From NCBI GenBank assembly GCA_951406725.2, contig OX597819.1:76012001-76076000 (forward strand): DNA of 64,000 nt, given 5' to 3'. Below are positions 1 to 12,277 of this stretch, in pieces (position 1 is the stretch's first letter; every line of letters begins with the position of its first letter). Source of the DNA: Octopus vulgaris. Taxonomy: Eukaryota. The position numbers and the translations under genes are program-made. The notes under the pieces are model-generated. The model saw only the letters and a program-made list of their open reading frames with translations, searched no databases and was not told where the DNA came from.

Positions 1-143
1 AAAAAATAGGAACTAAAGAAAGTGGGTGATAAGAGAAATGTCGACAGTCGAAATGTCAAAACACACACACACACACACGCACAGACACACACACACATAT
101 ATATATATTCTGTTCCTATTGTATTAATGAAATATAAATATTA

Positions 144-335
144 GTTTCAAATTTCTGCACAAGACCATCAATTTCGGGTCAACGATATCGATCCTAGTCA
201 ACGATATCGATCTTAGTCCTTAGCTAGTGTTCATTTTATCGACCTCGGAAGGGATGAAAGGCAAAGTGGACGTCGATGGAATTTGAATTCAAAACTTAAA
301 GCCGGACGAAATGTCGCTAAGCATTTTGCCTCCTT
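144..335 (-). mobile_element. Degenerate tRNA-derived SINE (family A)
   Basis: Contains ttttatcgacctcggaagggatgaaaggcaaagt...gaatttgaa, the reverse complement of the family core gcctttcatcctttcggggtcgataaa seen intact at 20741-20768. Includes a 19-bp tandem duplication at 178-218. Confidence 0.7.
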
Positions 336-1558
336 ATTCACATTAAAAACAAACAATATTGTAATAATTGAGTAGAAACAGATATCATAAATGTTTATTT
401 CAAAATCTTCCAATGATTATTTTGGTTCAAAGCTGAATCCATTCCAATGCTTCTGATGAAGCCATCAGAGTTATATAACCTTATTATCTCTCACACAGCA
501 AGATTGCGTCAACTCATCTGAGAAAAATTATTTCAGCCAGTAACAACTACTAAATCTATAAAGATATCATGTTAGATCCAAGATTATTTTCTTTTGGATT
601 TTCTGTCTTTCATACTGTAATATCTGATCTCTTGATAACTCCACTCAGACATTCTCGACCCAGTCGCCTCTCCTACTTTCCACACCCAAAATGTAAACAT
701 CCTAAAGTCACTTATTAACCTCCAACAGCCGATCCTTTCTTCGCATATGTCATTGACCATTTTATGCCTATGTTTTCCCTTCAGTTCGCAACTTGCAACT
801 ATTCTAGAGGACCATTACGCGCTTAGATTTCACTGATCTCGAAAAGCCTGTTAGAGCAATAAACACATTTCACTTCTCTCAACAAAGCTATAAAAAAATA
901 GAAGGTGTACTAAACCTTCTCTAAAAGAGACGTTCTATACTTAAATTAGAAAACATTTGAATTTAAGATTCGGATTTAAACCTCATGGTATTCCTGATTA
1001 AAGGAATTTCCCACTTTTTGTGTCGCCAATATTTTCGAAGGAGTGATCATAACTTCATTTGGCGTTCATGAAGTGCTTGTTCTCAATACTCTTGAACTCT
1101 TTTTCTGGTTATTACCATGTAGCTCTGACCATGCGGAAGTATTTCCATCAAAGAACAAACAATCTTCCGAGCAAAGAATTCTTACACTAAGTGATCGATT
1201 TGGCTGTTAGAAATAGCAGAAATATCTCCAGCAAATGCTTAAGTAAAGAAAAAGAAACACTTCCACATCTTAAATAAGAAAGATAAGCGATACTGTTTTC
1301 CAACATCTCATCAACAAAGCAGGGTAGTCACAATTAGAGAATCTATTATATCTCTATTTCTTCCTAATTGACCTGGGATTAACCGAGAAAAGCACCAACA
1401 AACCCATTGACATATCTTCAACCGGTTGAGTATCTCATATCGAGCATGCGCATTATCAATCTCATTATAGAAACACCTAACTCTGTGAGTCGATCTAATA
1501 TTGAAATATCGGTTTTCTATCTGCAACTGAATCATCTTGAATTATGATGCTAATATCG

Positions 1559-1934
1559 TGGCACATCGTCGGTTACGACGACGAGGGTTCCAGTTGATCC
1601 AATCAGTGGAACAGCCTGCTAGTGAAATTAACTTGCAAGTGGCTGAGTACTCCACAGACAAGTGTACCCTTAATATAGTTTTCAGTGAGATTCAGCGTGA
1701 CACAGAGTGTGACAAGGCAGGCCCTTTGAAATACAGGTACAACAGAAACAGGAAGAAAGAGTGAGAGAAAGTTGTGGTGAAAGAGTACAACAGGGTTCGC
1801 TACAACCCCTGCCGAAGCCTTGTGGAGCTTTAGGTGTTTTCGTTCAATAAACACTCACAACACCGGTCTGGGAATCGAAACCTCGACCCTACGACTATGA
1901 GTCCGCTGCTCTAACCACGAGGCCATTGCGCCTC
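1559..1934 (-). mobile_element. tRNA-derived SINE (family B)
   Basis: Minus-strand head gaggcgcaatggcctcgtggttagagcagcggac...ggtttcgattcccag has Pol III A/B-box-like motifs. Body and tail are shared with 17425-17730. Confidence 0.8.
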
Positions 1935-2733
1935 ACGATACTATTACACAACGGAAAGGTATGGAGATTATTCTATCTCAGTATTTGAAAGCTCGCAATA
2001 ATAAGCTAATAAGCTAATTCCTTATTCCGTTCAAGTTAAAATATCCGAAATAAACGTTGAAGTAGTACTCGATACTTAAAATACAAAAAAAAAAAAAAAA
2101 GAACCAGACAATGGCTGTTGGTTTCCGTCGATAACAAGTTATAAAATGAAGTTCAACTTTTTCGATAAGTTATCTTACCACTCAAATATGACGCTTTCCG
2201 ATTGATTTTCGTCTGAGACAGGCAATTATTTTCAGCTTAGAAAAAATTTTCTTCTCTCGTTGCCCAGTTGAATATGAAATTAACGAAACTCATGAATATC
2301 ACAACATTTAATACGGATACCATATTTCAGGTGCGTAAAAATACAACCCAAATTTGCATGAAACCTGGAGCAGAAGACGACATTTTTACACCTCATTTAT
2401 TTAGTCTCCATGCTAAAATTTACACTTTCTTTATAGAAGACAAAATGTAAAATTTTACCCGGCAAAACGTGCTATATTCTAATCGATCATGTTATATGCA
2501 GAAATGTAATGTAGACAAGGACCGAACGGAAGCTAAACTTAGAATATGAAGTGGACCAGATCACATATATGTATATGACTTCGAGTTATAATTTTTGTGG
2601 TTTTTTTTCTTGATTCATTCAGTGAAGAGCGACCATGTTGGGGCGCCGGTTTGACAAGTTTAGTCAAAGAAATCGATCTCAGTATTTATTTTTACGCCTG
2701 GAACTTATTCAGCCGGTTTCGTTTTGCCGAAGC

Positions 2734-2784
2734 AATATATATATATATATACAAACATACATACATACATACATACATTCATAC

Positions 2785-2827
<43 letters not shown>

Positions 2828-2833
2828 TACATG

Positions 2834-2887
<54 letters not shown>

Positions 2888-2917
2888 CATACATACATAC
2901 ATACATACATACATACA

Positions 2918-2995
<78 letters not shown>

Positions 2996-3167
2996 CATAT
3001 ATTGGCGCAGGAGTGTCTGTGTGGAAAGAAGGTGGCTTGCCAACCACATGGTTTCGGGTTCAGTCCCACTGCGTGGCACCTTGAGCAAATGTCTTCTACT
3101 ATAACCGCGGACCGACCAAAGCCTTGTGAGTGGATTTCGTGGACGGAAACTGAAAGAAGCCCGTCGT

Positions 3168-3233
<66 letters not shown>

Positions 3234-3243
3234 CACACACACA
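2734..3243. repeat. Compound (TA)n/(TACA)n/(CA)n microsatellite hosting a SINE head
   Basis: Direct reading. It explains the YIYI/HTYI pseudo-ORFs. Confidence 0.95.
3003..3168 (+). mobile_element. tRNA-derived SINE (family C), 5' part
   Basis: ggcgcaggagtgtctgtgtgg...gggttcagtcccactgcgtggcaccttgagcaa...aaagccttgtgagtggattt, homologous to the minus-strand copies at 24.1-24.5, 34.1-34.5 and 55.0-55.4 kb. Confidence 0.8.
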
Positions 3244-3244
3244 T

Positions 3245-4440
3245 AGCGGCGGCTATAATATAAGGGTCAGTAAGAAAAAGTTTATTGAAATAGTTATTAT
3301 GGAAGATTAATAACACGCTGAGACGAGGTGTTTAACACATATTTAGATATATCTATTATCTATCTTTAGTGAAAGCTTCAAGTTAATAGAATAAATATTT
3401 CGTAAGTTATGAGGAAATAAGCAAATAATCTTCCTAAAGGTAAAGGTGACTTAGAAAATATGAACTACTGACCGAAGTGTTTGTTGTTTAGAAGACTGTT
3501 AATGGGCTAACAGTTACTTCTTATGATCTTACATTAATGGGAAATTCAACCGTCAACATGGCGGCTTGTGAGAAACGACCGGTGTCCTACGAGGAAAAGC
3601 AAAGGATTGTGTACCTTCACCAAGAGGGCAAGTCAAATTCTGTGATAGCAACTACTGTAGGAAGCTCTTGTGCAAAGAACTGTAGCTCGTTTTAATTCAT
3701 CAGGATCGACAGATGCTAAACCCAAAATGGGAAACCACGTAAAATGTCACCAAGAAAGGAACATATTGTTAGAATGTCACTGTAGGACAGGCTTTAGAGT
3801 ACTGCTGAGATATTCGACGAGTTTAGCTCCGCTTCCAATGACAACGTATCGTGCGAAACAGTTTCCCGGAGGTTACGAGGTTCAGGGTTACTTGCTCGGG
3901 CATAAGCAAAGAAACTTCTGATCGCCAAGAAGAATGAAAGAGTCTGTCATCGTTTCGCTCTTGTACGTATCGTTTGAATAGAAGAAGAGTGGACGCAGGT
4001 TCTTTTTAGCGATGAATCGGAGTTTAACGTAATTGGTTCCGATGGCGGGTTGTACGTCTGACGAAGAAGTGGCGAAATGTTATCTCGTGCATGTGTGAAG
4101 AGGACAGTGAAATATGGAAGAGGCATTGTAATGGTATGAGAAGTGATATCTGCTGCTGGTCCTGGTTCGCTTGTTCACCTATAAGGGAGTGTCAATGCTG
4201 AAATCAACCAGCAGATTCGTAGACAGCATGCCCTTCCACATCATCGATCCTCGTCGGTTCAACTTTTTACCTTCGGGCAGGACAACGCTCCCTGTCACAC
4301 TGCAAAGAGAATCAAAGAGTATTTGTGTGACAAAGGGACTGACCATATGGACTGGCCACCTCTAAGTTCCGATCTCAACCTGAAAACATAGGAAACGAAC
4401 TTTTTTCTAACAACGAAAAGAAACAGAGAAACGTGATATG
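3245..4440 (+). mobile_element. Decayed Tc1-family DNA transposon (transposase pseudogene ~3558-4390)
   Basis: Hand translation gives MAACEKRPVSYEEKQRIVYLHQEGKSNSVIA (HTH), EWTQVLFSDESEFNVIGSDG, RTVKYGRGIVMV, QDNAPCHTAK and DWPPLSSDLN, which are Tc1 DDE motifs, with stops and frameshifts. Confidence 0.85.
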
Positions 4441-4557
4441 CAAGAGTGATTGCATATATATATATATATATATATATGTAAATATATACGTGTGTGCGTG
4501 CTTATATACATACATATTCATGTATATATATATATATATATATATATATGAATGTAT

Positions 4558-4595
<38 letters not shown>

Positions 4596-4598
4596 GTA

Positions 4599-5867
4599 CG
4601 AGGGGCGTTCAATAAGTAATGCCCCTGACCCACTTCCCATAGCAGTAGAGCAACGACACTTGGCACAATTATTAGTCTTTTTCTACATAGGAACTACCCA
4701 GAGTTATGCATTTCTCCCATCGTTTGATACAGCTCTGGAGACCGTTTTTGTAGAAGACCCCAGCTTGGTCCTCCAACCACGACGTGACTTCAGAAATCAA
4801 GGCTGCATCATCTGGGAAACGCTTTCCTTTCAAAATCAACTTCATGGCTGGGAAGAGGTGAACATCAGAAGGTGCAAGGGGAGGAGTTCATAGCTGCACG
4901 CCTGTGCTTCTGATCTGGCGAGACGCGAGTTCTGAACCGGAGCGTTGTCCTGCAGAAGGAGGATGCCTTTGCTGATCTTGCCCCGCCTCTTGATTTTGAT
5001 AGCTTCTCTTAATTTCCTCAAAAGTGAAGCATATTAGGCTCCTGTAATTGTGGTACCCTTTGCCAGGAAATCTGTCATGACTACTCCGTCCTGGTCCCAG
5101 AAGACTGTGAGCATAACCTTGTCAGCGGAGGGCTGCACCCTTGCCTTCTTTGGAGGAGGTGAGTCACGGTGCTTTCACTGCATTGACTGGGCTTTGGTCT
5201 ATGGATCATAGTGATGGACCCAGGTTTTATCCTGTGTGATCAGTCTTTTGAAAAATTTTGACTCATCTTCTTGGCACATCTCCAAATTCACCCTCGAGCA
5301 CTCAACGCGTTCTTGCTTCTGGAAAGGAGTGAGCAACCTGGAAATCCATCTGGCAGACACCTTTTGCATATGCGAATGGTCATGAATGATAGTTTCCAGT
5401 GACCCGGTACTAATCTTGACCTTATGGGCTATTTGGCGAATAGTTATGCGTTGACCTTCCAAAATGGCAGCCTCAACTTGACGGACAGACGTCTCATCAA
5501 CGGCAGAGGGGGTGACCAGATCTGGGAGCTGTTTCCACAGAGTTCCGACTATGTTTGAATTCACAATGCCAGCGTTTTACAAGGTCATATGATGGAGCAT
5601 CATCACCATAAGTTATTTTCATTTCATCAAAAGTCTCCCGTGGTGTGCGTCCTTTCAAATACAAAAAACAGATCACTGCTCGACACTCAACAGGCTCCAT
5701 TTCACACTTGACTCAGTTCAAACACCTGTAAATCAGAAACCACAATTAGTTCAGAGCTGTAATTTGCCACTTAATCTATAGAGGTATAAATAAGTGCACA
5801 TGAAAAATTGCAGCTAGATCAAACAAATGCAAGTGGGTCAGGGGCATTACTTATTGAACGCCCCTCG
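4599..5867 (-). mobile_element. Full-length mariner DNA transposon, 1269 bp
   Basis: Perfect 37-bp TIRs cgaggggcgttcaataagtaatgcccctgacccactt (4599-4635 / 5831-5867), with a TA target duplication at 4597-98 and 5868-69. Confidence 0.97.
4672..5700 (-). pseudogene. Mariner transposase pseudogene
   Basis: MEPVECRAVICFLYLKG...; KVSARWISRLL (WVPHEL-equivalent); ITQDKTWVHHYDP; KVMLTVFWD; LLQDNAP; ends YVEKD*. Frameshift near 5510 and internal stops. Confidence 0.92.
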
Positions 5868-6526
5868 TATATGAATATTTGATATACCTTTGTATATATA
5901 CGTATTCTTATATTACAGACCCCTATATATGTTTACATATGTATATCTATGTGTGTGTGCGTGCGTATATACACATATAACTATATATTATTATAGTTTT
6001 GTATATGCATAAATATCACAGTATACTAACTTGTCCATTAACCACTTCAACGCGTAACAACGGAAATGAAAACAATTTACACACCCACACACACACGCAC
6101 AAATGCCCCCCGCCCCCACACAAATTCAATCAATACATGTATGTTTCTTCCGCTACGAATTTGTATATGGTATGAATTGCAGTATTAATTTTTTTCTGCT
6201 GAAGTCTAATCTAATTCTGTTTTGTCAGCGAACAGCTGTCTCATATTTTATCTGAGCTGATTTAAGAATATCTTCTCTGATATCATCAACTCATCACCAC
6301 CTGCCTGTTAAGTTCATAACGTTCTGCCTACGTTGCAGTGTGAATTTTTGAAATGTGTACATTCACAATTGTTGCCGCTCTTCACGAATACAGTACGGTA
6401 GTCAATTTCCGTTTGTCTTTTAAGCGGTGCGAAAGCGAGTATTTTTTCGGTAACGTAATAGACTTGGTTGAATGCTGACAAATCCCCTAACTTAGAGGGA
6501 AAAGTTCATGTACACAAGACTTTTGT

Positions 6527-6527
<1 letters not shown>

Positions 6528-6576
<49 letters not shown>

Positions 6577-6627
6577 CCATCATCCTCATCATCACCATCA
6601 TCAATTATAATTATTATTATTATTATT
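6528..6627. repeat. (ATC)n followed by (TTA)n
   Basis: Direct reading. The (TTA)n abuts the 3' end of the minus-strand RLE element. Confidence 0.95.
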
Positions 6628-7510
6628 CCGAAAGACTCTCAGATAGATCTTAATTACCGGTTGCTCATTACTTGAAAGCAGCCAATAACCAATCAAAGAT
6701 TTCAAGTAGTGCCTTCTCCTGTGACTCAAAGAGACAATACTCTCCTTAGAATGCGAGATGTACCCAACACTGCTGTCTTCTGGATCACTTCGAGCCTCAC
6801 TGCTGCTCCAATATTCTGAATGTTTTTCAAAGCTCTTGGAAACTGCTCCTAATGCTCCAATTACCACCAGTATCACCATTACTTACCTAATGCCCCATAA
6901 GTTTCCTATCCCGTCCCGCAGTGGCTGGTATTTCTCACTCTTTTCTGTTTCCTCATATTTCACCCTCGAATCACCTGGCATTGCAACATCTATTATCTTT
7001 ACTTCTTTTTCATTTCTATGTTTGATAACGATATCCGGTCGTCTCTATGATATAGTCGCACTGTATGTTAAAATCCCAGATTATTTTGTAATATTCGTTT
7101 TTCATTATTCCCTCTGGTTTGTATTCATACCATTGTTTGAGTCTCTCGGGGTTTGTTTTACTGCACATCAGCCAGTGGACATATCTGGACACATTGTCGT
7201 TGGCGTTGTGCGAGCTTACAGCTCTCACTAACAATATGGCTTATACGTTCTCCCTTGTCAGAGTAATGTGGCGAGTCAGTGCTTCTATGAATGTGATATT
7301 TGGTGTAGTTTGTTCTGAGAGCTTATTCTCGAGCGCTGCACACTAATGCCTCAGAGGGCTCTTTTAAGTTTCCTTTCTGCAGCCATTGCTAGGTTCTCTT
7401 TCAATCAATCTCTTCTTTATTCTCCAAGAACTGACTGTGCATTTTCTTGTCCTACCAATTTGTCTTCATCAAATTCTACAACCAAAACAGTTCATCATTA
7501 TAAACTGATC
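6628..7510 (-). mobile_element. Decayed R4/Dong-like RLE non-LTR retrotransposon, 3' fragment
   Basis: Minus-strand peptides YVHWLMC, KIIWDFNIQCD, RPDIVI, IIDVAMPGD, EKYQ and VVIGALGAV parallel the C-terminus of the 38.5-40.2 kb element. Confidence 0.8.
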
Positions 7511-7545
7511 ATCTGTGAAGGCCTACGATAGGAGAGTTTACGCGT

Positions 7546-7573
7546 TTTCTATCTATCTATCTATCTATCTATA

Positions 7574-7646
<73 letters not shown>

Positions 7647-7750
7647 GTCTATATGTCTGTCTGTCTGTCTTTCTGTTTATCCGTCTGTCTGTCTGTCCGT
7701 CTCTTTGCCTGCCTGTCTGTCTGTTTATCTGTCTATGTCTCTCTCACCCC

Positions 7751-7803
<53 letters not shown>

Positions 7804-7835
7804 CGTGTGTGTGTGTGTGGTGTGTGTGTGTGTTG
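7546..7835. repeat. (TATC)n/(TGTC)n/(TA)n/(TG)n compound microsatellite
   Basis: Direct reading. Confidence 0.95.
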
Positions 7836-8255
7836 TATAATAACAATGAATGCAGAGCTACGCGCAATATATAAATGAAATGGAAAAATGGAATCGTCAT
7901 TAACTATGGCTGACGGTGCACGGTAGCAACTACATTGCTCTAAATAAGAGTTAAAAACCCTTACAGCTGCAATATTGCACATGTCTGTGCAGTGACAGGA
8001 GAGACAACCACCCGCAACGAGTGAGATAATCATACTAGTTTAGTTTCGCTTAAAATTAGAGCTCATCAGTGGTGACTACTCCATCGCTGGATGGTTTGAT
8101 TAAATCCTGACTGTCAGTATATAGTATTAATCATGTGAATAAATGAACTATTCAGCAAAATATTACTGCGAATATTATAAAACAACGCATGCGGCTATAG
8201 CAATATGAAACCGAAAAGGAAATATTCACTTGTCACTAATTGTGACTGACAGTGG
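7836..8255 (-). mobile_element. Terminally redundant ~336-bp non-coding unit carrying a hammerhead (retrozyme-like / PLE pLTR-like)
   Basis: Diverged direct repeat of ~80 bp at 7836-7920 and 8176-8255 (gtcattaactatggctgacggtg at 7896 vs gtcactaattgtgactgacagtg at 8232). A homologous copy lies at ~35945-36205. Confidence 0.6.
8019..8081 (-). ncRNA. Type I hammerhead ribozyme, canonical core
   Basis: Minus strand reads gagtagtcacca CTGATGA gct-ctaatttta-agc GAA ACTA-aac-TAGT A tgattatctcactc. This gives an intact CUGAUGA/GAAA/GUA core with stems II and III. Stem I is imperfect. Confidence 0.75.
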
Positions 8256-8292
8256 AGAGTTTCTAGAAATAAGATTTGATAACCCTTACATC

Positions 8293-8370
<78 letters not shown>

Positions 8371-8406
8371 CACACATAAATGTATGTATTTATGTACATA
8401 AATATA

Positions 8407-8446
<40 letters not shown>

Positions 8447-9465
8447 TATATGCACACTTCTCTCTTAATTTCACCCTCTATCACTCTGTTTATCTGATTG
8501 ATTTGCAATCCTTTTGTTAATATAGTGGTAGAGTGAGACATCATTCGAAAGGGACGGAGAGAATATCTCTCCCCTGGTTATGCAAACGAATAATAGTTAA
8601 GGAATATGGAGGCCTTTACATATGTTTGCATGTGTCTCTGTGTATCTGTGTACACACACGCACACACACATAGTCTTATGAATGTTTTTTTTTCTAGTGT
8701 TTGATACCTTTAATCAAACAATGCATGCGAGATTGGGTGGGAATGATATATGTACAGCGATTTGTGGAGCATAATCCCATTGTGTTTGCGGTAAAATGTT
8801 TACCTGGAAGACATATCGTTTCCGTATGTGTGGGATATGGGTTTTTTAGTGTTGTTCAATGGAATCTTTCTAACCGAACGCTTAACCAGCTTTTACGCGT
8901 TGTGAATGATGTTTCTTCTACCTGTATTGCTGCAGATAAGGTTTACTAGGTATGAGGACATTGTTCTATCGTAGATCCCATTTGGAATTTGTAGGGAACC
9001 AAGGTTCATCAGAGGCATAATGCCCGAAAAATAATCGCGCTGGACGGTCCAAGTGAAAAAGATATTCTACAGGCTAATTGATGTTTCACAGCACCTTGAA
9101 ACTAAAGAAACACCATTTATGAAACAGATCAGCATATTTAATTGAAAATGACAGATATAATATAAGAATGTTGTTGTGGGAGTCAAAATGATATGTTTGC
9201 TTCTCAAGAAATATGAAATGCGATATATAATAGAATTCATAATTCTCAAATTTTCGTTAAATTGAAGGAAAACCCTGGAAATTTTACACTTAATGTGAAA
9301 GATGGCAAACAGTAAGAGCAAACGATATTTAGAAAGAGAATTGATATCGCAGGAGTAAATTAAAGTACAACACATGCACGCAAGCAGGCATATACTCCCA
9401 CAAGTATACAAACACAAAATTGCAAACATAAAAAGTGCTTAAACACACAAACATGTGTAAGTATA

Positions 9466-9546
<81 letters not shown>

Positions 9547-10027
9547 ATACATGTGCATTTGAATATGTGCGTTTATTTATATATGTGCGTGTGCATGTGT
9601 GTAGCCATAGGCTGAAAGAGCTATAAGAAGTGATTTTAATGATTTCAATAATTTATATAATGACTTTTATAATTTGTATTCTTATGTTATATGTATTGAA
9701 TTATAAGATATATATGTATGCTATTGATGTTTTCATTTTGTTAAATGAATAAATAATCCAACAGTATAATATCCGAAAGTTGATGAACAAACTAAATTTG
9801 TTTCTCCATTTTCTTATTTGTATTATAAATTTACGGTAAAAATATTTCTTTACCTTCACCCGTTTAATACAATAAATGAGTTAATTGCACTGCAATTAAA
9901 AACATTTATGTATTAAGAATCTGGGTACTTTACCAACAGTATATTGGATAAATGCTATCCCATAATGGGTTACACCCATAACCCCTATCTTACTTTGTAC
10001 TATATATATATATATATATATATGAAA

Positions 10028-10084
<57 letters not shown>

Positions 10085-11395
10085 TATGTGTGTGTGTTTA
10101 CATCATATACATACACGGTAATAACAAACTGTGAGAATGAGTGCTCAACAACGCATGTGTGGATAAATATTTATAATTGTGAATTCACAAGACAGCCAAT
10201 GGTTTCGTGTGAAGAGATTTTCACGATGGTTGAAGCGTGCTACATAGAAGTTTCGGTAGTCGTCTCCATTTTGCATGAAGAGATAAAGCTTTGAAAACAT
10301 GCGAAATTCTAAGAAAAATAATGCATTCCATCTTGTTTAGCCTCAAATGAGAAAACTTATGGTCACTCAAATCCCAGCAATGAGCCACGTGTGATACATA
10401 TCCATCAACGCATAATGTACCTAGAACTTAACTATCTCTATCAACTCTACCTTCCTTTTTGAAGTGATTTGATAGAGGTTTTCTTGGAAATTTATCGACC
10501 ATATAGTTGAGGTTCCTCAACAGTTATTTTCCGAAGATGAACTATAAGACATATTCTATCATGTTGGATCTGTATAATACTATTATTGATCCAGAATATA
10601 TTTTTTGTTTTACTTGATTTGGTTAACCGTATGACAAAGAAACGTGGAACTACACTCTTCACATTGACAGAAAACTATATTGAATTTCTGTAATTTCGTT
10701 AAGTGTATCTACAATTATAGGAAGTACGATATATTTCCTGGATTACTGCAAAAGGAATTGACAGATCTAAATTTGTCTTCATTGTGTGATAGATCAACGA
10801 CATTACTGTATTATATTTACTATTTTAAGTGACTTGTTAACTACTATAAATATAAACGTAAATTATAACTGCGTAGATGCAAATTATCAATTAATGAAAT
10901 AACACTTAAGGCGAAAGCACACTTCAACGAGATTTGAAACTGAAAAATAAAGGGACGTAACTTAAAATAGACGTCGTATTGATTCTGGAATCCAAATACA
11001 AAGTAATGGATCGTTAATAAGATTTAAATAATTTTATTCAGATTAAGAGTAAATAATATGATATGTTTATAAAGAACTAGAAGATCTTTTTATAATACTC
11101 CTCATTCATTTGACAGTTCCAAAGGAACATTTTATTTGAGCACCAAATGTAATTAATGAATAAGATACAAGCAAATTATTAATGTGCAAGTGAGAGTAAG
11201 ACACACAGCTGTTCTTGGCTTCTTCAGAGGAAAGACTAAAACGAATGATTTGCAGATATCCAGAGACGTATAACACCGATAATATTTCAGGCGCATCTGG
11301 ATGATGCCACAAAAGCACTTGATGTCATGCTAGATTTAACTGTTTGGGTTCTTTGAAGATAAATAGAAATCTCAAATTAGCAGAGAGTATGATGA

Positions 11396-11396
<1 letters not shown>

Positions 11397-11449
<53 letters not shown>

Positions 11450-11491
11450 AACAACTACTACCACTACCACCACCACTATCACTACTACTAT

Positions 11492-11575
<84 letters not shown>

Positions 11576-11582
11576 TAATAAT
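11397..11582. repeat. Compound trinucleotide repeat (CTA)n-(CCA)n-(CTG)n-(TAA)n
   Basis: Direct reading. Confidence 0.95.
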
Positions 11583-11667
11583 ATTTTATGAATATATTTT
11601 ATTAATTTGCTTGTACGTATGGTAACTTGCTTGCCACAGTGGATGGTATTTCTATATAATCATCTCT

Positions 11668-11738
<71 letters not shown>

Positions 11739-11741
11739 TAT

Positions 11742-12063
11742 AAATTTTCAGAATTAGATAAAAATTCAAGGTTGTGAAAGATATTTGAACATCTATAAAA
11801 GGAAGGTCTTACAGATGTTTCCGGGATATTTTATATATCCCTTCATCGGAGACGGTGTGAGCAAATCGTTAAGTAATGGTTATTGTAGATAAGATATGAA
11901 ATGGAGAGTGAAGTGGAGGAATAAAAAATATACGTGAGATATTTTCATTCCTCCACTTCACTCTCCATTTATAAAATATCCTGGAAACAGCTTTAAGACC
12001 TTCTATTTATAAATGTTCTAAAATCTTTCACAGCCTTAGATTTTTATTTCATTCTGAAAATTT
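11742..12063. repeat. Fold-back (inverted) repeat, probable Penelope inverted pseudo-LTR
   Basis: Outer arms 11742-11834 / 11971-12063 are imperfect. Inner arms 11899-11922 / 11947-11970 are a perfect 24 bp. Confidence 0.85.
11806..11853 (-). ncRNA. Minimal PLE-type hammerhead ribozyme (U4C core variant)
   Basis: Minus strand reads gtct CCGATGA a gggatat-ataaa-atatccc g GAAAC atct GTA agac. Stem I is gtct/agac and stem II is 7 bp. Confidence 0.7.
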
Positions 12064-12203
12064 GTTTATATATGCACATGCTGATATATAACCAAAGTTG
12101 GACACCTCATTCGCATAATCACCGAACCTGGCGCTTAAGTATAGTCTGTCCATAGCACTTACTCAGCATTACCTGACACCATTGGTCTTATAACCCCTCA
12201 TAA

Positions 12204-12274
<71 letters not shown>

Positions 12275-12277
<3 letters not shown>

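Noticed and set aside
452-480. CTGATGA motif (also at ~9006 on the minus strand)
   Set aside because: No stem II-GAAA-NUH continuation.
1860-1934. tRNA-like sequences (also at 3003, 20521 and 48795)
   Set aside because: They are SINE heads continuing into repeat bodies, with no complete cloverleaf.
2597-3316. Long overlapping ORFs rich in YI/HT/CV (also at 30.4, 46.6, 47.5, 50.2, 51.6 and 62.2 kb)
   Set aside because: They are translations of stop-free (TA)n/(CA)n/(TACA)n microsatellites.
4058-4082. CTGACGA...GAAA hammerhead-like string
   Set aside because: It lies inside the Tc1 transposase coding remnant and has no stems.
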